From: Isurus oxyrinchus
Lineage: Eukaryota
Assembly (NCBI GenBank): GCA_026770705.1
Contig: JANJGN010000034.1
Coordinates: 6,758,001 to 6,822,000 of the forward strand
Length of the DNA: 64,000 nt
Direction: 5' to 3'
In this document: one piece after another, positions 39,950 through 52,310 of the stretch
Layout of the letters: each line of letters opens with the position of its first letter
Position numbering within the stretch: the stretch's first letter is position 1
The notes under the pieces: generated by a model
What the model was told of the DNA's origin: nothing
What the model saw: only the letters and a program-made list of their open reading frames with translations
Databases searched by the model: none
Program-made: the position numbers and the translations under genes

Positions 39950-41510
39950 GTGGAGCCGGCTAGGATTTCTTGACAATACTTGGTTCCTCTTGAGGAGGTG
40001 GTGATGTGCTGCCTTCCTGAACGGCTGAAGTCCATGTGGGGTGCATTTGGGAAGGGAATTGCAGGAGTTTGAACAGTAACAGTGAAGGAACAGCGATATA
40101 ATTCCAAGTCAGGATGGTTTGTGACTTGATGTGTTAAATCCACGTGGTAGTTCTCCCATCAGTCTGCTGCCATTGTCCTTCTGGAGATTAGATATTGTGG
40201 CTTTGCAATGTGCGGTCTAAGGAGTTTGGTGAATTCCTAAAATGCATCTTTTAGATGGCACACACCGCTGCTACAGTGCATCTATCATACCGGAAGTGAA
40301 TGCTTGTGCAAGTGCTCCAATCAAGCGAGCTGCTTTGCCCTGGACTGTGTCAAGGTTCCTGGGTCTTATGGGTGATATACTCATCCAAGCAAATGGGTAA
40401 AGTTCCATCAAACTCCTGATCTGTTCCTTGTAGATTTTGACGGGCTTTGGGCAGTAAATTGGTGAATAACTCTTCGCAAGCTTCCTGGCCTCTGTTCTGT
40501 TCTTGTAGCTACGGTATATATGCGGGCATTACTGTTCAGTTTGTGGTCATCGGTGAGTTCACAATAATGCATTCAGTGATGGTTGTGTGCTCAAGGGATG
40601 ATGGTTAAATTCATTCTTGTTCGAGATGGTCATTGCCTGGCACTGTTGTGGCGTGAATTTTACTTGCCACTTGACAGCCGAAGCCTTGATATTGTCCAGC
40701 TCTTTCTGAAGTTAGAAATGGGCTGCTTCAGTGTCTGATGAGTCGGGAATGGTGCTCAGTACTGCGCACTCATAAGCAAACGTATTCTGTAAGGAAGACC
40801 ATTTCTTTAGCATCTGTAGATGACTGTGCCTAGGACACTGCTCTAGAGAACTCCTGCAACAATGTCCTTTCTCTGTGATGACTGACCTCCAAAGAGCACA
40901 AATATTTTCCCTTGTGCTTGGAATTACATCCAACAGCCAGGAGATTTGCCCCTGATTCCCATTCACTACAGTTTTGCTAAGTTAAATTGATGGCAGACTT
41001 GATCAAATGCGGCATTGATACCAAGGGCAGTCACTCTCATCTCACCTCGGGAGCTCAGCTCTTCTAGTCGTGTTTGAACCACAGCTGTAATGAGGTCAAG
41101 AGCTGAGTGGCTCTGTCGGAGTCAAATCTGGGGGTCAGTGAAGAGTTTATTACAAAGCAAGTGCCTGTTGGTAGCATTATTGCGGAAACCTTCCATTGCT
41201 TTTCTCATGATCTAACGTAGACTGATGGGGCGATAATTGGCTGGGTTGTATTTGTCCTGCATTTTGTGTGCAAGACATACTGGGGCAATTTTCCACAAAG
41301 TCGGGTAGTTGCCCGTTTTGTAGCTGTGCTGGAGCAGTTGCCAATGGGTACGGCAAGTTCTGGAATACAAGTCTTCAGTACTATTGCCGAAACACTTCAG
41401 GGCCCATAACCTTTGCAATATCCGGTGTGATCACCCGTTTCTTGATATCACGTGGAGTGAATTGAATTTACTGAAGACAGGATTCTGTGATGCTGGGGAC
41501 GTATGGAGGA
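39950..41510 (-). mobile_element. Degenerate LINE (second family)
   Basis: Minus ORF 41212..41418 has YPTLWKIAPVCLAHKMQDKYNPANYRPISL (RT pre-domain). Confidence 0.85.
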
Positions 41511-42124
41511 AGATTAAATAGAAAAAAATACATATTCACAATATGGCCAGCCCTGGAAAGTCAGGTAATATACAGATTTCATTTTTTTGTATCGTCACAC
41601 ACACTGATCTGTTAACAGAGACGTTATTTTCCTCATCCCCCATTATTTGGGCCAGCCTCCATTTCCTTCTTTAACTTCAACATCATTAGTTTCTTCACAT
41701 GCACCGTTACTTTCATCAGTTTCCTTGCTGGAATCTGGGTCAGGAGAGCCCAGTACTCACAGTTCGCACAGGCCGGGACAGTGTCTGGGCAATGGGTGCT
41801 CTACAAGAACAAAGTGCTCAAGCTGATTCATCAGCGCAGAACACTAGCGCTGTTCATAACCATTGTCCTGATCATGGAGAAAATACCCAGTGGCCTCCAA
41901 TAAGGAATCTTCCACGGCCCGAAATTGTGCCCGGCTGCAAGTGCCGCTCAAAGCATGCTTCGGGCACGAGTCAGATTCACTGAAGCCGGAGAATGGGCAT
42001 CGAGAAAAAAATTACGAAGGAATTGGAGCATAAAGAAGACTTCCAAAATATTTAGATGCCCAGTTAACACCTAGAACATAAAATGCAACGAAAATAAACT
42101 GAACAATATAATTTTAAACTGAAA

Positions 42125-42350
42125 TAAAATCAAATTACTGTGGATGCTTGCAATCTGAAATGAAAAATGTAATGATTGAAAAAGGCAACAAGTCTGGGAG
42201 CAACTGCGCAGAAAAGAACATACGGTTTCGATTCCAACGTGACTATTTATGGTGAAGATTGGACTAGTAACATTAAGTCGGTTTATCTCTACCCAGGTGC
42301 TGCTGTACTTGCCGAAGTTTCAAACATCTTTATTCTTTTTTTATTTCAAT
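42125..42350. mobile_element. Old decayed copy of the palindromic element
   Basis: actgtggatgcttgcaatctgaaat...aagtctgggagca on the left and tgctgctgtacttgccgaagtttcaaacat on the right resemble the arms of the 32.7 kb element. Confidence 0.55.
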
Positions 42351-43348
42351 TTGAATATTAAACTGAAGTCACCTCAGAGATAACCCGTGATCTGAATACA
42401 GGATTTTTGAGAGTGATAGGGCATTTAAGTTGTCTGTTTTCTTTTTAACATATGATATCAAAATTAAGGCTTTTCGCTCTACTTCGTAGCAGTCCTATAT
42501 GAGCTGGAATTTCCAGGGTTATGGTCTCACTTCGGGAATGAATGGGCACACAAGCTACATTAACGAGCCGGTTCAGCATTTTGTGATAAACATGCAAAAT
42601 GATTGGAATATTTTAACCTATTCTCCAAGGGGACGAATTTGTGTGAAGATAAGTTAAAGAAGTCCGTGTGCACGACTCTTTTGTTACATGACAGCGATAT
42701 TAGGTTAAGATCATATTTGTAACTGTTTCCATTGTTGATTTGTGTTCTGCTAGCATCATCCTACTGAAAATATCTGGAGGGCTTAGGGAGTGATTCTGAG
42801 GGAGCACTAAGTCTAGGGTGACCTGGACATTTCTGTCAGAGATATTTGATGAGAAAATCTTTAAACTAAAAAAGGTGAGAATACTTATTGCCAACAGCAT
42901 TTTGGGGTCACAGCCTAACGCAAGCAGATATAATTCACATACACATCAGCATGGATCGAATTGAATAGTGGAACAGGCCTCGGGAACCCAATGTCTTCCT
43001 CCAATTCCTGTATTCTTTTCTTCTAAAACTGAGGTTTTTTTGTTCTCATTCGATCATAAATTAGGATGGAGGAGTGCAAACACAATTAATATAATGAGTG
43101 GATGTAACAGAAGGTTTGAAATAAATTCATTCAACAGGGTACTATCACCTGGACTGCTAAGTTAAAAAATTATAATTACATTCCGAGTAATATGTGGCAT
43201 ATTGATTTAACCAGAGTGGAAAAAAAGTAAACTTTTGGAATTATGTGAAAATTAATGAGTCATCATAATTTGCAATTTCTGGGATTAACACAATTAGCTT
43301 AATTTTGCTTAATTATGTTTGGTAATAATAATTATTGTATCCTTATAG

Positions 43349-43375
43349 CAAAAGCTTTGGCTGAAAAGGATGATG
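43349..43375 (+). CDS. Micro-exon 17 (27 nt), AKALAEKDD
   Basis: ttgtatccttatag|CAAAAGCTTTGGCTGAAAAGGATGATG|gtaagt. Confidence 0.88.
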
Positions 43376-43679
43376 GTAAGTAAATCACAAATGAATACCT
43401 ACAGATAGTTCAGTGCAAAAGTGACCTTGTAACTTGATTTTCCCGATGCATTGAGCATGTGGATATTATGTGTTTCTTTTTTGCCCCGTAAAGTTTTTAA
43501 AATTATTACAACTTTCTGAAATACCTGTTATAGACAATTTAGGCATAACGCTCTAACTCTTGCATGCATTTTGTTTGATTCCTCTGAATTCTATTCTGTG
43601 TAAATATGACAAAAAATTACATCGATGATGGGAACCATAAATGTAAAGATTCCCGTGTTGTAAACCCATTATTTGTATT

Positions 43680-45900
43680 CATTCCCAGGATATGGGCGTT
43701 GCAATTGAGGCTAGAATTTGGTTTCCATCACTAAATATCATTGTGAACTTTGCGATGAGCTGCTTTATTAATCTACCGTGGCCAGTTTGTGCAACAACAC
43801 CCAAAGGTTTCTGAGGAAAGCACTTCCTGGGTTTTGGCGCAGTGAAAGTCAAGGGACGGTGCTGTAGTTACAGGTGAGTATGGATGGTAGCTAGAAGGGG
43901 AATTTTCTGCTGGTCGTTCTCCCGTGTGCTTTTACTTATAGGTGGCAGTAGTCCCAGTTTTGGAAATTACTTTCGAAGAAGCCTTGATGAGTTGTTGCAA
44001 TGCAAATTTTTGAAGGTGCACACTGCTGCAATTATGCTTCGGTGGCAGAGAAACTGACTGTTCTAAGTGCTGGATTTCGTGCAAATTAAGAGGGTTGTTT
44101 TGCCCTTGATAATGTCGAGATTCTTGGGTTTTGTTGGAGACACACAGATCTGCATAAGTTCAGATCATTCTACCACACGCATGCTTCCTACCTTATAGAT
44201 AGTGGTCAGGTTTTGGGGAGTCAGGGGGTGAGTTTCTTCCCGCATAATTCCCAAACTCTGATCTGCTTTCTTAGGCACAGCATACCGAAAGTTGTGAGAG
44301 TTTCGTTACTGGTCAGCAATAGACTCCAAGGTTTTGATTGTGGTTGTTTCAGAGATACTAATGCGATGAGCAGATATGGGCAAATGGTTAGATTTTCTCT
44401 TCTTGGAGACAGTCATTTCCTGGCAGTTGCTTAGCGCACATGTTATTTGCCAATTATCAGACCAAGCCTGAATGTTGTCCAGGCCCTGCTGTGCATGACA
44501 CAGATCACTTCACTGTCTGATGAATGGCATATTTTAACGACCATTCTGCAGACACTTCCAATTTTATCATATAATGAAGGGCAGGACACTAGTGACGCCA
44601 CTGCAGGTGGTTGGACCAAGGACACTACCCTTGTAGTGATGTCGCTGAAGGGAGTGACTAATCTCGATCAAGCACAACCTCCTTGCCTCGTGCTGGCAAC
44701 ATTTCAAGCTTGAGGAACGATTCCTCCTGATACCATTCGATTCAAATTACCGTGGACCGCCTTTTACTCTGCTAGGTCAAATATTCCCTTGATGACGAAG
44801 GCAGTCGCATCCCACTGAAATCTTGGATTCACTATTTGTCCATGTTGGGGCCAAGGCTGCATGAGTTCAAGATATGTTTGGCCCTCGCGGAACTCAACCT
44901 GAGTACCAGGAATTAAGTCATTGCTGCAGAAGTGCCACTGTCAACCGCATCGTACATCAATTTGCTGCTGATCGAGAGCTGACTCATGGGGCTGTAAGCC
45001 ATCCAGTTGGATGTATGCTGTTTTGTTGACTGGACATTATCTGGCCAATTTTCCAGAATTAGGGGTAGATCCCAGCCGTGTACTGAAACGGGAAGAGGTC
45101 GGCTAGTAGCACGTCTTGTTCTGCAGGACAGAGCTGCAGCTCTACTATCGGTATTTGGTCAGGACCCATGACCATTGCATTGTCCAGTGGCTTTAGCGCT
45201 TCTTGATATCACCTAGAGTGAATTATATTGGTCCAAGACTGGCAGCTGTGATACTGGAGACTTCAGGAGAAGGCTGAGGTGGATAATTCATTCGGTACTT
45301 TTCTTTAAAGAGGGTTTTAAATGTTTCAGCCATCTCTGTTGTTCCACTGTACTTGGTTTTCCCACCACTGAGAATGAGGGAAATTCTTGGACAACGTCCT
45401 CCTGCTATTTGTTGATTGCTTACTACCATTCACGATTGACAGTGGAGGGTGGCAGAGCTTAGATATGATCCTTTGTTTGTAGCATTTCTTAGCTAAATAG
45501 GTCGCATATTACTCACGCTGTTTTCACATGTTTGATGCTTCATTCTTTATTTTGGATTACAGTGTGCTGCCCCTGCCATGCTCTCCTGCAATCTTCATTA
45601 TGCCAGTATTGATCACAATGTTCAGTGGTAATGGTAGAGCGAGGGATCTGTCGTGAGTGCACAGATTGTGACCAAATCAACATCTTCTGATTCTGAAGGC
45701 CTACAGCGTCTCTTGGAAGCCCAAGTTTGAGCTGCTATGCTTGTTGAAAATCTATTCCATTTCACATGGCAGTAGTGACATTAAACTTAATGGAGTGTAT
45801 CTGCAACGTGAAGACAGAAATCATATCCAAGAAATGAATGCTGTCTTCTGCAATCCTACCAATGATTTCATGGGCAGATGCATCTGAGACACATCGGAAG
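43680..45900 (-). mobile_element. Highly degenerate LINE (second family)
   Basis: Colinear similarity with the 39950-41510 and 55300-56870 copies. Confidence 0.7.
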
Positions 45901-45994
45901 GCAGGAAAAAGTTCACCTACGTCTGTTTTATGTCCCTAAGTCACCCATCATGTGTGGAAGGCAAAATTCTAAGCCCCTTTATTTTTTTAAATTG

Positions 45995-46390
45995 TCACTG
46001 GCACAATGCCTCAAGTATTGACACAGATGTCTGCGGATTTCAGGTGCATTCCAAAGAGATGACTGCAAATATTAAGGCACACCCTCCAATGACATTATCA
46101 GGGGGCATCGGACAATCTCAGCTGAAGCATATTTTATTTTCTCTCACGTGGTGGAAAGATGCCAGTGCCATAATTTGAGGAGTGCTGGCGATTGTGCACT
46201 AGTCTCCTGGCCAATGTGTACATTTCCGCCAGTGTCAGTAGAACAGGTAAAGTCGAGGCATGTCTTCTTGTCTGATGGCTAACTTGGAGACATAAAGGAC
46301 ACAAGGCTGACGTTATAACAGCATTATAATTAATTATTCTTTATTTTTTAATTATTGGATGTGTGAAAATGACTGAGAGTGGTCCTGCCT
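45995..46390 (+). mobile_element. Decayed Deu-domain-type SINE
   Basis: gtggtggaaagatgccagtgcc...tctcctggccaat resembles the Deu domain (recalled, not searched). Confidence 0.45.
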
Positions 46391-48187
46391 TTGCACTGTA
46401 ATTACAGTACACCGAGTACCCATTATAAGATAAGGTGCTTCTGAAAATCCTTCCACCATCAGAGACATGTTGTAATTTTAGTTATTTTGAGTTAACGTTA
46501 TTAAAAATCTCGAGTGCTTATTTTGTAGCCAGGGCAATTTTAAGGCTGCCATCCATCGCAGTCCGTTATTAACATGTACATAGGACAGCAATTTCCAGAG
46601 GCCACAGGTAAAATAATAAAAGTGTAAATAAGAACCGACTCTTGGAGATGCCCTGAAGCCCGAGAAGCTGCGGGATCATGTTATCTCATCAAAGGAACTA
46701 CGGTTGGAACATTTGGAATGAAGATAATAAGATGTAATTCTCTGTTACACGTTCTAAGATTGTTAAAAATATTAGATCTGATTGATTCCAGCGTTAGAAT
46801 CTGTTACCTTTGTGATAATGCTTGATTACTGCACGCATAAAGAAGCACCCATTCTATAACTGGGTTTTACATAGCGCTACAATTTTTTCATCTATTTTTT
46901 TCATCTCAATCATCCCTTCATTAACATTTGCCTTTTGAGTTCACACATGGAATGGATTCGAAATTAAGCACATGAATTGCCAGTCCCTGATTTGGAATCA
47001 TTGCGACACATGAATAATGCAAACTAGGTTTCCCAAACCGCAACCACCCCCCCAGCCCCACCCCCACCAACTCCCACTCTCCACTCCGTCCCTCTGTTTT
47101 CGTACCTTGCAGGACATTCTGCCCTCTACGATTCTGGTCCTGAAAGGGATAGAAATGCATTGCAGTGAAGACCAGCACTGTACATTTACTGAAACTGGTA
47201 AGGGAATATCAGCGTTTTGAAAGGCAGTATCAAAAAAACCTAAATGCTGAAAGACAAATAAAGGGAAACTAACGTAGAAGATGTTGCTTAAAAGAGGACA
47301 CAGTTTCATGCCAACATAATTCATATTAGTTAAACTATGGTGATATTACTAAAATTGACCACGAATCTGGATCAGTGAATAAGTGTTCGACTTAACCCTT
47401 TTGCCAGACAGTGTTTTAAGAAACAACAACTGACGTAGAATGTTGGTTTGTTTTTGTTTTGTCCTGCCACGTTACATTGTGTCGACTATGGAAACTATAA
47501 GGCCGAGTTGCTGTCTGCCTGTGTTTCTAATGCACGCTTGACTCCTCCATCCTGAATTCATCCAACATTATCTGCAGAACGTTTTCTTACTTTCTCACGT
47601 CAGTGTTTATGTACCTTATGCACCAAAACTACACCTTTGTTAACCTGTATCCTTTTAAACTCTGTCTGAATTATTCCGTTTTTTTCAATATTTCCTTCTC
47701 ATTCATGCAATATTATCATATGTCTATGAAGCACAATATAGTTCTTTCCCGATGAGTGGAACACCCACAATTGCACTTTATAAACGTAATCGTATGGCCT
47801 TTGAGCAGATAACCTCATTTTTCTCATTATTATTATTAGTATTACCATTATTATTACAAGTTATTATTCGCAATAATGACACCCAGAATCTTCAAACTTT
47901 CCAGACCGATTAGATATGTCACCTCTAATGCAGCCCTATTAAAAGTATGCAATCTAATTTAACATTTCGCTTTTTTCCTAGTCCTTTAAAAAGTTTATCT
48001 CTAATAAGGAGACTGTGCAACCTCAAAATGGCAAGCAAGACGTCAGCGTGTTAACTGTGCCATTCAACTGTTTATTTGTCACTAAGCAATGTAAATCAAT
48101 CTCGAATTGCCGAATTCATTACGTTCTCTGTACCAGCTGCCCCCATGGTTCCAAGATGCTTTCTGATCAGCTCTTTATTGTTTACAG

Positions 48188-48223
48188 AACTAGCTAAATT
48201 GGTCGAAAATGTGGAAGACTTAG
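48188..48223 (+). CDS. Micro-exon 18 (36 nt), ELAKLVENVEDL
   Basis: ctttattgtttacag|AACTAGCTAAATTGGTCGAAAATGTGGAAGACTTAG|gtgaga. Confidence 0.88.
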
Positions 48224-48329
48224 GTGAGACAATGTCGACAAACATTTGACATATGATTTCCAATTACCAGAGTTGATGTTAATACTGACAAAAAGCCAGC
48301 GCGCTGAACTAGTATGCAAGGAGATGAAA

Positions 48330-49350
48330 ACATAGCAGCATAGGAACAGGAGTAGTTTGGGAGTCTCCTCGAGCCGCTGCGCCATTCAAGTGGATCATGG
48401 TTGATCTTCCATCTCAGCACAATCTTCCCGCACTGCCCCAACATCCCTTCATTGTTGCCTTCATTTCTGGAAACGGATCTACATCAACTTTCAACATACT
48501 CAACGAGAATTCAAAAGATTCAGCACCCTTTGACTGAAGAAGTCCCTCCGTAACATGGTCCAAAATGGCCTACCTCTTATTCGGAGACTGTATCTCCTTT
48601 TCTAGCCTACCCCCCACTTTTCGACTAAAGGAAAACCGGGGAAATATCCTTCCTGCAGCTTGTCTGTGGAGCCCTGTGAAAATTTTAAATGGTCCAATGC
48701 GGTCACGTATCATTTTCAAAACTCAAGAGTAGGCAAGCCCAGTCTCCTGATAATACTACTTGCCAGCAACTAGTCAGCTGCCTTCCGAATTGCTTGTTGT
48801 AACTGCATATTACCTTTCAGTGATTTATTAAGATGAAACCAAGCTCCCTTTGGGGATTAACATTTCTTAATCTCTCCCCATTTCTGTTCTACCTACCAAC
48901 GTGGATACATCAAATGTCTCCATGTTATGTTCCATCTGCCATGCACCTGCCCACTCACGTGGCCGACTTCAATCGCCTTAAAGCCTTTTTGTATCACCCT
49001 CACAACTCATATCCCCACCAGGTTTTGTGTCATCAGCAAACTTGGAAACATTACACTTGGCCGTCAGGTCCATTTAATTGCCATATACTTTGGTAACCTT
49101 CAGCACACCTTTAGTTGGAGACTGCCGACCTGAGATATATCCATTCTCTTTGCTTTATGACCGCTAACCAATCCTGAATCGAAGGCAGCTTATTATCCCC
49201 AATCTCGCATCCTCCAGTTTTACTTAATAACCTCTTGAGTGGTTCATTACCTCCTTAGCAAAAATACAAATGCAACTCCTTCATTGGTTATCCTTTATCT
49301 ATCCAGGTAGTAACATTGTTAATAACTCCAACACGGTTGCCGCATCTGAT
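48330..49350 (-). mobile_element. Degenerate CR1-type LINE with 3' UTR
   Basis: Begins cataggaacaggagtag...gccattcaagtggatcatggttgatc (reverse 3' UTR); tttgtgtcatcagcaaactt is the reverse of KFADDTK. Confidence 0.85.
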
Positions 49351-49562
49351 TTATAAATTCCTGTTGAGTCTGCACAAATCTAGCTTTATTTTCTAAGTTC
49401 CCAAAATCTGAGCTGTGAAAGGCATTCATCGTCTAATCTATTTTTTTAAGTTATGTGAGTCGATGAGGGCTACCTTCGGATATTCTAACTTGTGTGCAAC
49501 ATATATTTTGTAGATTTATGCCATACCTCAAACACTCTTTTTTGCATGTTTTCTTTTGTCAG

Positions 49563-49589
49563 AACGACAACTCAGGAAGTGTGTGAGAG
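49563..49589 (+). CDS. Micro-exon 19 (27 nt), ERQLRKCVR
   Basis: ttttcttttgtcag|AACGACAACTCAGGAAGTGTGTGAGAG|gtaaac. Confidence 0.87.
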
Positions 49590-50352
49590 GTAAACGCGCA
49601 TGACAGTATTAGTGTAGACAGGGGAGTGTTTATAGCTCCAAGAGACAAAAAATCTCTTTGTAAGCCGTTAAGAGTTTGCCTCACAGAAATAGCAAGCATC
49701 ATCCCCGTGCTCCCCTCCCGAGCTTGACTTATTTGATGTCAACAACACACAGTTACAATTATTGTCTTTATTCCTTTTATTTAGATTCCCCCATGTTCCG
49801 TGGGCCCGTAAAACACAGTAGGATCATTCTTAATATCAAGCATTAGGTGGGGGGCCAGGGAGGTTGAATTATGAGGCTATTTTAACAGGGAAAGTCCTCC
49901 CATTTAGCCAACGTGGGACCAGGCTCTGCTGGAAAGAAACTTATCTGCAAAAGTGTTTCCTCCTGGTGGAGAAAAGCCTAGGAAGGGCAATTAAACCTTC
50001 TGGATTACAGAAAGGGTGCACACCCATTGGGCCGCTAAAGCTCAACCGGTTCTAATTTCTCGTTCTCTTTCGGAATTGGACTATTTAATTAGCAAATATT
50101 TCTCTTTGCAAATACCACTGCGATCCTACCGTCTTATTTCATCATTGGGCTCCTGTCAGCATATCAACAAAATCATACACCTCTATCTTATTATCTCCTC
50201 CTCTAAGACACACCTTAAAACATAACCTATTTCACAAAAGTGCTTATTTTCTTATATCTGTCCTCATGTACCCTTGTCTGTCTCCTTATAAAGTTTAAAA
50301 AAAGCACCCCATCCTTGTTCGATTTTCCTAATGCCATCACTTCTTTTGCTAG

Positions 50353-50379
50353 AGAGTGGAGGCCCAGATAGAAGTAATG
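50353..50379 (+). CDS. Micro-exon 20 (27 nt), ESGGPDRSN
   Basis: cttcttttgctag|AGAGTGGAGGCCCAGATAGAAGTAATG|gtgagtaga; same 3' junction as exon 23. Confidence 0.87.
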
Positions 50380-51145
50380 GTGAGTAGAATAGACAACGCT
50401 GTGCATTAAGAAAAGTGGCCTAGCCAGATATGAAAATGATGAAAATACCTTATTGAGCATGTAAAGTTTTCATTGAAGCCTAAGAACAAACCTAAAGTGC
50501 GCCCTTTGCTTTCCCATGCATCAGATGCGTCGAGATTCCTCAACCACTTAAATTATTTGATTTGAATTAATTGGTAAATGAAGCAATACTTATATGAGAA
50601 CATTATCTTTCTGTCAGCGAGTGTTTAAGGTCCAGATGAACTGCTTGAGAGAATGTGTAGAGGCACTTTCAGTCCAGGCGTTCAAAGGGAATGAAACTGT
50701 TTATCTGAAATTGAATAATGTGCAGGGTCATGGGGAGGAAGATAGGAATGGGGAGAAAGCCGGGGAATGTCTCTAGTTGAATTCCTCATTTAGAGACCGG
50801 GTGCAGATATGATGGGCTGAATACACTATTTCGGCCATGCAGTCATTTTGATTCCCTATGATAATTATTTTGCTTTCAAAACCTCTGCTCCTAGAAATGA
50901 GCCTCGGAAACTGGTTTGGTTTGGACTGCCATGATTAAACGTTTTGTCATTTGTGTATTGGCACACCGAGCTCCAGTTTGCCCTTCACATTTTTAGGCAT
51001 ACATTTTGTCAATAGCGTGTTGCGTCATTATCCTCCATAACAAATTTTTCGAGCTACCATCATTACCATCTGCTGTGGGTCAGCTGATATTCTGAAACCC
51101 CTTAACTGAAGAAAGTTTCTGCCAGAACGACATGTATTGTCATAT

Positions 51146-51221
51146 CAAAAACAGAATTACCTGGAAAAACTCAGCAGGTCTGGCAGCATCTGCGGAGAAG
51201 AAAAGAGTTGACGTTTCGAGT
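51146..51221. mobile_element. Single-arm copy of the young palindromic element
   Basis: 76 bp nearly identical to 32623-32698 (one mismatch seen). Confidence 0.85.
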
Positions 51222-51307
51222 GGCATGGCAGAGTTGTTAACACATTTTAAACCTACAGGACGTTAAGAACAGTGCCAATGAAAAGAGGATATTGCCTAAG
51301 GAATAGT

Positions 51308-52310
51308 ATGGGTCAGTGCTGGGGCCACAATTTTTCACTTTATACATTAATGTTCTAGATGAAGGAATTGAGGGCATCCTGGCTACGTTTGCAGATGATA
51401 CAAACATAGGTGGAGGGACAGGTAATATTGAGGAGGCGGCAAGGCTGCAGAAGGATTTGGACAGGTTAGGAGAATGGGCAAAGATTTGGCAGATGGAATA
51501 CAACGTGGGGAAGTGTGAGGTCATGCACTTTGGTAGGAAGTATAGAGACATAGACTACTTTGTAAATGGGGGCAGAATTCAGAAATATGTTGTGCAAAGG
51601 GACTTGGGAGACGCAATCCAGGATTCTCTTAAGGTTAACCTGCAGGCTGAGTCGGTAGTTAGGAAGGCAAATACAATTTTGACATTTATTTCGAGAGGAC
51701 AAGAATATAAAAGTAGGGCTGTGCTTCTGGAGCTTTACAAGGCTCTGGTCAGACCACATTTAGAATACTGTGAGCAATTTTGGGCTCCGTATCTCAGGAA
51801 GCTTGTGCAGGCCCTGCGGAGGGTCCAGAGGAGGTTCACGAGAACGATCCCAGGAATGAAAGGCTTAACATATCAGGCATGTTTGAAGACTTTGGGTCTA
51901 TACTCGCAAGAATTTAGAAGGATGAGCGGGTAACTGATTGAAACTTACAGAATACTCAAAGGCCTGGATAGACTGGATGTGGGGAAGATATTTCCATTAG
52001 TATGAGAGACTAGGACCCGAGGGCACAGCCACAGCATAAAGGTAAGACCTTTTAGAACACAGATGGAGAAAATTCTTAAGCCAGAGGGTGGTGGATCTAT
52101 GGAATTCATTGCAACAGAAGACTGTCGAGGCCAGGTCATTGATTGTAATTGTGATCGAGGTAGATAGGTTCTTGATGGGTAAGGGGATCAAATGTTATGT
52201 AGAGAAGGCGGGAGATTGCGGTTGAGAAACTTATCAGCCATGATTGAATGCTGGAGCAGGCTCGATGGGCCGAATGGCCTAATTTATGCTCCTATGTCTT
52301 ATGGTCTTAT
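51308..52310 (+). mobile_element. 5'-truncated, relatively young CR1 LINE with open RT C-terminal frame (51316..51933) and 3' UTR
   Basis: SVLGP..F.LYIN, FADDT, LQKDLDRLGEWA..WQMEYNVGKCEVMHFGR and LYKALVRPHLEYC.QFW.PY motifs; tail cctatgtcttatggtcttat; possible TSD gaatagt at 51301-51307 and 52311-52317. Confidence 0.95.

Noticed and set aside
42840-42880. 35-nt EIFDEKIFKLKK segment with gtgaga donor
   Set aside because: Not a multiple of 3 and lies within what looks like a decayed CR1 3' end.
51316-51933. 205-aa ORF as a host gene
   Set aside because: It is the RT C-terminus of a 5'-truncated CR1 LINE.
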